The notes below the pieces were generated by a model. It searched no databases and was not told the origin of the DNA. It was given only the letters and a program-made list of their open reading frames with translations. Source: Welwitschia mirabilis (lineage: Eukaryota). Taken from it: DNA of 64,000 bases. Each line of letters begins with the position of its first letter. Position 1 is the stretch's first letter. This document shows positions 1 through 11,610 of the stretch, in pieces. The DNA is taken from the NCBI GenBank assembly GCA_051453625.1, contig JBOZIK010000001.1, positions 35,519,860 to 35,583,859 on the forward strand. Direction: 5' to 3'. The translations under genes and the position numbers were made by a program.

Positions 1-522
1 TAATTTAGTCCCACTTATATAAAATAGTTATCATTCTGATTGTCATGAGGATAATAGTGGGGATGATGCCTCTTAACAATAGATAATTAATTATCTTTTG
101 ACTCCATAATCAATCCTGTAGTTAGCTTCTAAATTTTGTTCCCCCTTATGTTATGAAAATGATAATGGAGACGACACTTTCTCAGAAAAGATGCTTCATT
201 AACTCTAAGCTCCAGTCCAAATTGCTATTATAATAGGCGAATACATTGCTATTATCCCCTCTATCATGGGGACAACAATGGAAATGATCACCTTCCAAAG
301 CTTATTAGGTAAAAAAAATTATTCTTCTTCATCATTAATCTTCCTTCCATATACTAAGTATCAGAACATGCTTGAAATGCCTCTAATTATGCCAAGAATT
401 ATATGTTTCCATGATCATTCCATTGACTCTCCATGATCATCATAATTACAACTAAACCTATATAAATGTATTGCAAAAATATCTAAATAAGCCATCAACT
501 TCCTACAAATTGACATATAACA
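1..522 (-). mobile_element. Partial 3' LTR of an Athila-like Ty3/gypsy element (cut by the window start)
   Basis: Homologous to the LTR at 8801-10145 (e.g. taatttagtccc, catactaagtatcagaacatgc, ttcctacaaattg). Ends ...ataaca at 522 (TGTTA on minus), next to a PPT-like tract (minus aaataggggacta). Confidence 0.75.
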
Positions 523-3219
523 TAGTCCCCTATTTATCCTTGTCAGTCCCTCACAAAATGGGTAATCAACTATATTGCAAGCCAATTTGACTAAGATAAT
601 TATCAACTTAGAAAAATGAAATTTGAGTTCAATTTTATCATGTAGGAGTAGACAATAAAAATCCATTAACTAATATAATTACTAATGTAGTCATAAGCCC
701 CCTACTTAAACACATCATAATAAATGAATGAATGTCATACATATAAACAAATTGTAAAATGTAATAATGATAGTTCAGAAAACGATAATGTGTATGTAAA
801 ATAGGGATACTAAAATTGATGTGTAAAACTAAGTAGTAATAATCTCAAAGAATGATGCATAAAAAGGTCATTAATGTTTTCTATAAGGAGTGAAGTACAA
901 AAGTAAATATAGCATTTTTAGATGATCTAAAATATAGCTGCAAGAAAACTCTATAAGTGGGTTACAATGCTCCTATTAAATAAAGTCCATTTATTCAAGT
1001 GACATGAAATCATATCCAAAAAACTCATTATAAATATGTACCATGAAACCTAAAAATGATCTTTTTAAATTTAAAAATTATAAATTTTTACTTAGTATTC
1101 TAGAAGAAAGCTCAAAGAGATGTCTTTCCCCCACCACATGTGAAGCAAGAGATCCTAGATTGCACAAATGAAAAAGGATAACTATCATTCTGTATGTCAT
1201 GGGGACAACAGACATGAGATAACAACGTTCAAATGAGATGTTAGGATAGATTAGGAAAAATCTAAATAAGTCCAGTAGCAAGAAAGTAGTGAAAAATTAG
1301 AAGAAAAATGGAAGAAAGGTAGAAAGTGAAGAATCATTCTTAAAAACATAACCATGGGGAAAAAGACTTATGAGACGATAATAATGTATTAAGTATAAGG
1401 AAGAAATTATTAAAAGTACTCCTCAAATGTATCCCAAACTCCATGAGTATTCAAGATTATGTAAGTGGATGGATGTAAAACCAAAAGCAAAGAAATGGAA
1501 AAACAGTAATCATAAAAAAAAAGGAATACATCAATCAAAGCAAAAAGAAGGCATCCAATTAAAGTACTAAAAGTAAAAATAGTCCTTATAAATAAAAACT
1601 ATGAGTGAAAATAAAAAGATAACTAGAAAGCTACCAAATGATTGAGTCCTAAGTATGATGTGGAAAAAGATATGAAATGACTTTGAAAAGTCCAAACAAA
1701 ATAACTAAGAAAAACATAATGAAAATGAACAATAAGAAACATGAAGAATATTTCTTACCTACCCAAAATCCTAGTAAAGTACCTTGGTAGAAATCATAAA
1801 ATCATCTAATAATGATGCATAACATAATGTAAAAATTCATAAAGTTCCACTCAAATAGGCAATAATTATGATGATGTCAAGTATGTCTAATGTTATCAAA
1901 TAATGAATGATAAGATAAAAAGCTATTAAAATAGAAACTTANNNNNNNNNNNNNNNNNNNNNNNNNNNNNNNNNNNNNNNNNNNNNNNNNNNNNNNNNNN
2001 NNNNNNNNNNNNNNNNNNNNNNNNNNNNNNNNNNNNNNNNNTTGGACATGTGAATGACAATGATAAGATTGATCAATGACAAGTTGGATGAGCTTATGTA
2101 GAAATGACATTGATAAGAAAAGTCTCGTATCAAGTAAGTAGTGAAAAAGTAGAAGAAAAATGGAAGAAAGGTAGAAAGTGAAGAATCATTCTGAAAAACA
2201 TAACCATGTAGAAAGAGACTTACAAGATGATAATAATGCATTAAGTAGAAGGAAGCATGCTTAAAAGTACTCCTCAAATGTATCCCAAACTCCATGAGCA
2301 TTCAAGATTGTGTAAGTAAATGGATGTAAAACCAAAAGCAAAGAAAAGAAAAAACAATAATCATAAAGAAAAAGAAATACATCAATCAAAGCAAAAGGAA
2401 GGCATCCAATTAAATTACTAAGAGTAAAACAATCCTTATAAATAAAAAGTATGAGTGAAAATAAAAAGATAGCTAAAAAGCTACCAAATGATTAAGGTAT
2501 GATGTGGAAAAAGATACGAAATGACTTTGAAAAGTCCAAATAAAATAACTAAGAAAAAACATAATAAAAATGGACAATGAGAAACATGAAGAATATTTCT
2601 TACCTACCCAAATTCCTAGCAAAGTACCTTGGTAGAAATCATAAAATCACATGATAATGATGCATAAAATAATATAAAAATTCATAAAATTCCACTCAAA
2701 TAGGCAATAATTATGATGATGTTAAGCATGTCTAATGTTATCAAATAATGAATGATAAGATAAAAAGCTATTAAAACAGGAACTTACAAGCGATCAGCTT
2801 AAAACAAAACTAGAATATGAAAAAGTAAAGTGATCATGTGGAAGTACTAGAAATAAGTAAAGAAAATAAGCTTAGAAAATAAGTAATGTCTTTGATGACA
2901 CTAGGTACATCACTAATATTATAGCCTTTAAGTAAAATTGTATTTTACCATGATGAGGGGAGTGCAACCACTATCAAAGGAGTAAGAACTTACATAGCAT
3001 GGTCAACTAATCCCTTAGTGAAGTTCTTACAGCTACCATATCACATTGCCAAAGGCACCTATTGAGAAAATTTACCCTAGTGTCCTTGTGATAGGACATC
3101 ATGAAGGCCATGTTTTAAGATAGAATGAGAAATAACGTGACCTTTTTTTTTTAAATTTTATTTCCCTCTTTCTTTTTATTTTGAGAGTAAATTCTACATG
3201 ATCAAATACTCATAAGGAT
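523..3219 (-). mobile_element. 3' internal non-coding region of an Athila-like element, with a gap-flanking duplicate
   Basis: Collinear with 3441-5530. Carries the conserved ~165-nt motif at 2948-3112. Segment 1281-1941 recurs at ~2131-2786 across an N gap. Confidence 0.7.
2948..3112 (-). other. Conserved post-integrase motif (candidate structured RNA), copy 1
   Basis: GC-richer island with nested inverted repeats, shared with six other copies. Confidence 0.7.
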
Positions 3220-5228
3220 NNNNNNNNNNNNNNNNNNNNNNNNNNNNNNNNNNNNNNNNNNNNNNNNNNNNNNNNNNNNNNNNNNNNNNNNNNNNNNNNN
3301 NNNNNNNNNNNNNNNNNNNTGTTTCAATGAATATCCTATCAACTCTCCATAATCATTAGAATTACATTCTAACGCATATAAATATCCTATAAAAGAACTC
3401 AAAATATACCATCAAGTTCCTACAAATTGGCATCGCAACATATCCTACTACTTAGCCTTATTAGTCTTGAATAAAGTGAGTGATTAACAATATTGTAAGC
3501 CAATTTGATTAAGCTAAATAGTAACTAGAAAAATATATATTAAGTTTAGAAATATTCACTATGAAGATTAAATATCAAAAACTAATTTACTAATATAATA
3601 CCTCTATATAATTCATAATAGATTTGTCATCTTGTATGTCGTCTAGATAACAATGGGGATGATAGGTTTGGAAAATTAGAATGAAAGTGAGATGCTTTCA
3701 AATATGATAATTATAAAAATATAAGTACTAACATCTTTGTTAGTCCGCTACTCAAAATGTTTAACACATTGTAATATAATCATTGAATGTCATACATAAT
3801 AATTATCATAAGATATAACAATGATAAATTCAATAAAATGATGGTGTATATGCATAATTAAGGATAGTGATACTTCAAATGATGTATATAAACTAAGTAC
3901 TGGTAACTCAAAATGATGTATACAAATTCATAAGTGAGTTTTAAATATAATTTACAAAGAAAAAATTCAAAAAATAATCATAGTTTTACTTTCCTTTTTC
4001 AAGGTTTCTTGAGTATCCTAGATCATACCTACAAGAAAGTTCTGTAAGTGCGCTATTATGGCCTGCTAAATAATGTCCATAATGCATACCATACAAGAAC
4101 TATGAAATTATATATAGACTAGTAATCACATATATGTATAATAAAAGCTTAAAATGACCCTCATAAATAAAATTTTTGCTTAAATATCTTTAAGATTTCA
4201 TAGAACTCAATCCTGTATCCCTTATAACAAAATTAATGTGTCACATATTGCAATAAGTTAAGAGGAACTACATCATTCACCTAGAAATTTTAATAACATA
4301 CATGAGACGATAGTGAAAAAGAAGTATCAGGAAAAATAGTGAAGTCTAGGTAGAATTTTGATAATAAATAATAGCAACAATAAAGCCTTCAAAAGTCATT
4401 ATAAATTCTAAAATATAAGTAAAAGCTAAGAATCACCATCTAAGAAATCATGATAAAAGGAGTCAAAAATAGGAAAAACTCAAGGTAATAGAAAAGGATT
4501 AGGCCAAGATAAGGCATGAAAGAGATAGAATCAATATGAAAGAATATCATAAAATGTACCCCAAACTCAATAAGCGTTCAAGATTTTATAAGTGTATGTA
4601 TGCAAAACTAAAAGCAAAGAAATGAAAAAAAAAATATTAACATAAAATAAAAGGAATTCATCAATTAAAATGAAAGGAATGCATTAAATAAAGTACTAAA
4701 AGAAAAAAAAAATCTTATAAATAAAAAATATGGATGAGAATGAAAAAATGACTAGAAAACTACCTAATGATTAAGTCCCAATTATTATATAGAAAAAGAT
4801 ATGGAAATGACTTTGAAACTTTAAAATAAAACAACTAAGGAAAACATAATAAAAGTAGATAATAAGAAATATGAAGGAGATTATTTACCTATTTAAAATT
4901 CAAACCTAAGTCTCTTAGTAGAAATCATAAAATCACCTAAATAATGATGCATGACATAATGAAAAAAACTTTAGAAAGTACCACTTAAATGGGCAATGAT
5001 TATGATAATGTCAAGTATATGTAAAATTTTTAATCAATGAATGATAAAATTAAAAGATACTTAGAAATGAACTTACTTACTCATATTCCAAAACAACACC
5101 AGAATCCAAAAAATGTATAATGATCATGTAAAAGTACTATATGCAAAATGAGTCTAAAAAATAGGAAATACATTTGATGATACCAGGGACATCATTGATC
5201 CCCTAGCCTCTGAGTAAAAATTATTTTT

Positions 5229-5393
5229 CCATAATTAGGGGAGCGCAACCATTATCAAATGAGTAAGAATTCACATAACATGGCCAACTGATCCCTTACT
5301 AGAGTTTCCATAGATATCATATCACACAACCAAAGGCTTCTCTTAGGAAAATTTGCCCCATTGTGCTTGCGGTAGGACATTAGGGTGACCATG
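5229..5393 (-). other. Conserved post-integrase motif, copy 2
   Basis: As copy 1; keeps catggcca...tgaccatg and gcggtag. Confidence 0.7.
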
Positions 5394-8300
5394 ATTTTAG
5401 CTCAGATATGAAAGATCATAGTCATTATTTATTTATTTTCTTTTTTTCTGTCTTTTTTCTTTTTTTTCTTTTCTATTTATTTATTTCTTTTGAAATAAAA
5501 AAAAATCCACATCACCAAGTACTAATAAGGATAAGGGTGAATTAATGAGATTAGAAATAAGGAAGAACACCCAAATAACTAAAGACTCATAACATTGAGA
5601 GAGAATAAAAGAAACCAAGGCATCTTCCTTTAGAATGAAGTTCATATATGAATGAATGTCTTAAGATTGGATGAATTGAATATTGTGATTTAGAATGCCA
5701 AGTAAAAGATTTAGTAATTATGGTAACCTTATAAAGTAAAACATTAGTCAAGTTAAAGATGTTCAAGTAATAGCATGATGTTTATCAAAAGAATCAATTA
5801 AGGAAGAATTTATATAATGGTAGAAGGAAAATTCTAACAAAAATGCTTCTATCATGTTCAAGGCTAATCGATAGATATTTCAATGATGTTTAACCTTCTA
5901 TCCATTAAATTTTAAATTTCCCAAATGTTTAGATTGAAAGTTTTAGCTAAGCCATTTAAACATGTACTTTTTTTTAAAGATAAGAACTTAACTATTGAGA
6001 AGTTTAACTAGTTATATAAAAAGTACGCTTGGGTATTACATGTTTCAGAAAAATAAGGTCCAAATCAAATACAAACCAATTAATAAAACATAAAAGGTAT
6101 ACACTCATTTTTTATTAAAATCAATTGGAGGTAAAAAGAGTAAAATGATAAAACATTGATAGCATAAATTTCAGAATCCAAATAAGGGATAAAGAAGTGA
6201 TAAATTTTATGCACAAATAAGCTCTTATTAACACATTATAAATCATAGTATCATTATATAATGTGTTTAAGGTACTACTTAAAGAATGGATCTAGGAGGT
6301 TTATAAGGGCTTTGAAGAATGTTTAATAAGATTGAGAAGCTTCTTAAGATTCAATTCTAAGCATGTGTTATCAGCGAGATAATAAGGTTTACCCTAATTC
6401 AAAATTCCAAGCTATTCCAAGTTAAACTTTTGAAAAGGATAATCATTAAAAGCACAAGGTAAAGTAATCTTGGTAGGAAAAGAAAGGATGGTACCTAGAG
6501 TATCACATGGATTTCTAAAAGAAAGATATTGAGTAATAGGAGAAATAGATTCTTCAAAATTATGTGTTTTATGAGAGTCAAGAAAGAAACATGGCCTTAA
6601 GATTTATATGAATGTTTAATTAGAAGAGATTGAGAACAATTATCATTACCAAGGACATAAGGTAAGGTGAAAATGGACGTAGAAGTGGAAGTAAGGATGT
6701 GATTTGAAGTTGTATATGAAGGCATAGGTGGCAATGATGTAGAAGTACAAGTAGAATGAATAAGTCTATCCTTCTTAAAATTTGAATGAATCTCTATGGG
6801 CCTTTTATAATGATCAGTCTCTTCACAATTGTCCTTATTACTATTTCATTGGATTGTTTCTTCACTTTTCTTATAATTGGTTGTATTTAATTCTTCCTTC
6901 TTTTATTGAATAGTGCCTTCATTCTCTGAATTATTAGATTCATTAAAAATATTATCAAGGGAAATAAAAGAATTATCTTCATTATTAATTAAAAAATTTT
7001 TAGATTCTTCATGAATAGATTTCTCATCTCGATTATATAGCAGTAAATGGATGGTAGGGATATAATTAAATACTTTAATATCATCATCTAATAAATGGTC
7101 ATACTTGATTTTGATTGTTGAAAGACTGAGTTGTATTATTATTATCTCCTCTTTTCTCATCTCCTAACGGTAAGAGATTAAAGTTTGATTTGAAATTTCA
7201 TCTTCTATTGAAAAGCAAGAATCATTATCATTTATTTCTAAGTTCTCCTCATTTTCCTCAAGGTAGAATAAAGCAAGATATTTTAAGGATGTTGTGTTGT
7301 AAAAGATCCTTGAATTTGTAATAGTATTTATTGCAAGATTTTAACCAAAGTTTATAGGTTTTAATTAGTATTTTCTAGTATTTTATTGGTATGTTCTTGG
7401 CTATTCTCTATTTTATCAATCATTTCTTACATAGGATCATTTTCTTCCTCATAGTAGTTCATAAGAAATAGTTTGTCTTCATAGTAATACATGGGGGATG
7501 GTTGAGATTGATAAAACTAATGGTAAAGAGTTTTCTAGATGAGGTGAAATTTCTAAAATGTGGAGAATCTTCATTTTTATTTCTATATGGGGTTTAAAAA
7601 GAAGAGGTAACAGAATAAGAAGGTTAAAAAGATAAAAGGGGCTAATTCCTACTCTCAATAGAATTTTGTATTATTCTCCTTCCTATAAAACCTTGTAAAA
7701 TGTTTTATCACTATAAACCTCAGAATCATTTAAATGACTTCTCCTTTCTATAAAGATCTCTCTAAGTGTTTTCTTACTATTATCCTCATAATCTTTTAAG
7801 TTTCTTCTCCTTTCAAAAAGAAGTTTCTTAATTTTCCTTCTATCGGTATTCATTAAATCAATCAAGAAGAATGGAATAAGAGAATTTTATTTCAAGATGA
7901 TAAGGAAGAGAAGTACATAATGAAGATCAAGTTTTTTTTCTCTTTGATGTTTCATCATTTTACAAGATTATTGATCCTTAACACTCAAAATATGTGTAAT
8001 GGATGTTTATTTTAACTAACAGAATGTTTACAGAGAGAAAGAAAAATCTAATTCTGAAATAATAAAAATAGAAAAATTCTTCTTCTTTAATTCTTGGAAC
8101 TTATGTACTTGGAATGCGCATACTTAGATTTTGCTCAAAGTCGAATAATCTTTCTTTAATATTTCTATCAATCAAGTTCCACCCCCTTTGATATTCTGTC
8201 TGACTACTAGAATCTACTATGTCCTTGCATGATTAGACAACACACAAAAAACTGAAATTAAAAATAACATCCTACCGTTTACCTGGTCATGGAGATGACC

Positions 8301-8776
8301 AGGGAAATAATGATCACAAAAAAAACTAAACTTAACGAAAAAAATTGAAAAAAATGAAAAATTAAACTATCATTTATTCTATCATTAAAACAACTGCAAG
8401 GATGATGATCACACTACTATAAAATCAAAACTTAAAAACTCAGAGAAAAAAATTACTGGAACTCAGAAAAATCACATTGTCGCTGGGCTATCTTGGGGAT
8501 GATAGAGGAGATGATAGTACTTTTATTACTAAACTAAAAATAAAAGAAAAATCATAAAAATAGAAACTAATATTGAAATTTTAGAACTATCATGCCCAAT
8601 GTCATTGGGATAACATAGAGGATGACAGGGATCTTAAACTACAGAAAATAAAAATTGTAGAAATAGACCTACTTTAAGCTAAGCTAAAAATATAGTACTA
8701 ATTTAAATAAATAATCTAAATTGAAAATTCAAGGTACTTATTTGGTTAGTAATAATTCTTTAGCTCATTATGGTCT

Positions 8777-8794
8777 TTCCTAGCAATGACACCA
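8777..8794 (-). promoter_or_regulatory. Primer-binding site, tRNA-Asp type (Athila), deaminated
   Basis: Minus strand TGGTGTCATTGCTAGGAA versus canonical Athila TGGCGCCGTTGCCGGGGA. All differences are C>T or G>A. Confidence 0.85.
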
Positions 8795-8800
8795 AAATAT

Positions 8801-10145
8801 TGCAGTGTGAATTTATGGAATCTTAAAATCCTTTTGATAAACCTATAAATCAAATTACTTTTAGAAAAATACATGCTAGTGTAGATGGGGGTTCACTTGA
8901 ATGTCATAATTCTAATGAAGGCACTAGGCTCAGAATTAGAGAATTAATTTCCAAAGGTATTTTTACTCTTTTTATCTTTTAACAACTAAAAGTAAATAAC
9001 AAAATAAAATGCAATGTAAAGTGAATAGAGATTAAATGCAAATAGAAGTAAAATGGATTCTATTAGAGCCTAATCCTTCTATCACAAGAACTAGCTTATC
9101 TATAAGTCATATCAATTAAGAAGAGTACTTAACTTATTCCTAATCAATGTGAACTATGATATATATTAAGTAGAATTATGAAATATGATGTAAGATGAAA
9201 ATGGAATGCAAATCTAAACTAATCAAGTCAAGATTAATAAAGGTTACTTTTATGATATAAATTAATTATAGAATTATCACTAGGCTACAACAAACTTAAA
9301 TCATAAAGGACATAAATAGAATTTGGATTAAAAAGAGTAATTGTATTAATTTCAAGAACTTTACATTCACTTACAACAAAATAGCAACACCTCAAGAAAG
9401 AAACTTATCCTAGCACCAAGGAAACTCCTTTCTATAGCTACTGGATGGACCTCTTGTTTTTCAGTCCTCTTTTACAAGCATATTAGGTACAAAAGATGGT
9501 TTGGAAGTAAGAACAAGGGAGATATATATAGTTTTACATTGGAAGTTCTAGAATTATAACCCTAGAAGTTAGAGAAGAAACCGTAGTAGTCCAAGTAGGA
9601 TGCATGACCCAATTACAAGATAATTTAGTCCCTCTTATATAAAACAATTGTTGTTTTGACTATTATGGAGATGAGACTATGCATAATGCCTCTTAACAAT
9701 ATACAATTAATCAGCTTCTGGCTCCACAATCAACTCATAGTTGGCTTCCAAATGTGTTGTCATTCCTTATGTTGTGGGGATGACAAGGGAGATGATACCT
9801 CCTTAGAAATAGTGCTTTGTTAACTTCAATATCCTATCCAAATCACTATTACAATAGTCCAATACAGTGCTGTCATTCCCTTTGTCATGGGGACAATAAC
9901 GAGAAAGACACCCTTCCAAAGCTTCTTAGATAAAGAAAATTAGCCTTCTTCATCATTAATATTTCTTTAACATACTAAGTATCAGAACATGCCTAAAATG
10001 CCTTCAATTATGCCAATAATTACCTGTGTTCATGATCATTCCATTGAGTCTTCATAATCATTAGAATTGCATCTAAACTTGTATAAATGTCTTGTAAAAG
10101 TACTCTAAATACACCATTAAATTCCTACAAATTGGCATAATAACA
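8801..10145 (-). repeat. 5' LTR (~1.35 kb) of the Athila-like element
   Basis: TG...CA termini (tgcagtgtg at 8801, ...taaca at 10145), adjacent to the PBS, similar to 1-522 and 3320-3440. A second version lies at 10680-11610. Confidence 0.8.
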
Positions 10146-10679
10146 ATGAACTATCATAATGAAATGAGTGGTTTTATTTTCCTATACTCTAATAAACTCT
10201 ATAAGCTTAACCATTACATCATGTTCTATCCATAGAATGTGATGATGTACATCAGTGAGCTACTTCTCAGTGTGCTAGACTCTCCTCTCAATGGTAGGTA
10301 TCCTATCTCGAAGAATAATCCTCATTCAATGTTCTCTCTAAGACCCTAAACTATATTAACCAGGAGTGCTTGAATTTGATCAATAGTAGCTCTATTTATA
10401 AGTCTTTCTACCTAAGGTTTCTCTACCTCTTTTGGAATATGAATTCTGATGTCCTGTAGGTAGCAAGATGAAGTCTATAAATGTGTCAATATCTACTCTT
10501 CTATAGGCTCAGATATACTAAAGCATATAAATATCACTAAGAAAAGACATGGATATTTTAGAGTCTATAAATACTTGACNNNNNNNNNNNNNNNNNNNNN
10601 NNNNNNNNNNNNNNNNNNNNNNNNNNNNNNNNNNNNNNNNNNNNNNNNNNNNNNNNNNNNNNNNNNNNNNNNNNNNNNN

Positions 10680-11610
10680 TGCAAATCTAAACTAATCAAG
10701 TTAATCTTAATAAAGGTTACTCTTATAATATAAATTAATTATAGAATTTTCATTAGGCTACAAAAAAATTAAATCATAAAGGACATAAATAGAATTTGAA
10801 TTGAAAAGAGTAATTGTACTAATTTCAAGAACTTTACATCCACTTATAACAAAATAGTAATACCTCAAGGAAAAGACTCATCCTAACACCAAGGAAACTC
10901 CTTTCTATAGTTACTTGATGGACCTCTTATCCTATAGTCTTCTTTCATAAGCATATTAGATACAAAAGATGGTTTGGAAGTGAGAACAAAGGAGATATAT
11001 ATAGTTTTACTTTAAAATTTCTAGAATTATAACCCTAGAAGTTAGAGAAGAAACCCTAGCAGCATAAGTGGGATGCATGACCCCATTACAAGATAATTTA
11101 GTCCCTCTTATATAAAACAATTATTGTTTTGGCTATTATGAAGATGATACTATGGACAATTCCTCTTAACAATATACAACTAATCAGCTTCTGGCTCCAC
11201 AATTAACCCACAGTCAGCTTCCAAATGTGTTGTCATCCCTTATGTTGCGGGGATGACAATGGAGATGATACCTCCTTAGAATTAGTGCTTTGTTAACTCC
11301 AATTTCCTATCCAAATTGCTATTACACTAGTCCAATACNNNNNNNNNNNNNNNNNNNNNNNNNNNNNNNNNNNNNNNNNNNNNNNNNNNNNNNNNNNNNN
11401 NNNNNNNNNNNTCTTCATCATTAATCTCTTTTTAACATACTAAGTATCAAAACATGCCTAAAATGCCTTCAATTATGCTAATAATTACATGTGTTTGTGA
11501 TCATTCCATTGAGTCTTCATAATCATTAGAATTGCATTTAAACTTGTATAAATGTCTTGTAAAAGTACTCTAAATACACCATCAACTTCCTACAAATTGG
11601 CATCATAACA
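10680..11610 (-). repeat. Second, diverged version of the same LTR including its insertion junction
   Basis: 10680-12045 parallels ~9205-10579, including the LTR end (tggcatcataaca) and the same flanking sequence. Confidence 0.8.

Larger units (their letters stand above)
3320..10145 (-). mobile_element. Non-autonomous Athila-like LTR retrotransposon (5' LTR, PBS, decayed gag, integrase C-terminal remnant, conserved motif, 3' LTR start)
   Basis: 5' LTR 8801-10145 and PBS 8777-8794. Gag-like start near 8230 on minus. 5840-6040 aligns by eye to the integrase C-terminus at 47690-47890. No RT/RNase H seen. The 3' LTR begins at 3440 (tggcatcgcaaca) and is cut by a gap. Confidence 0.7.
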
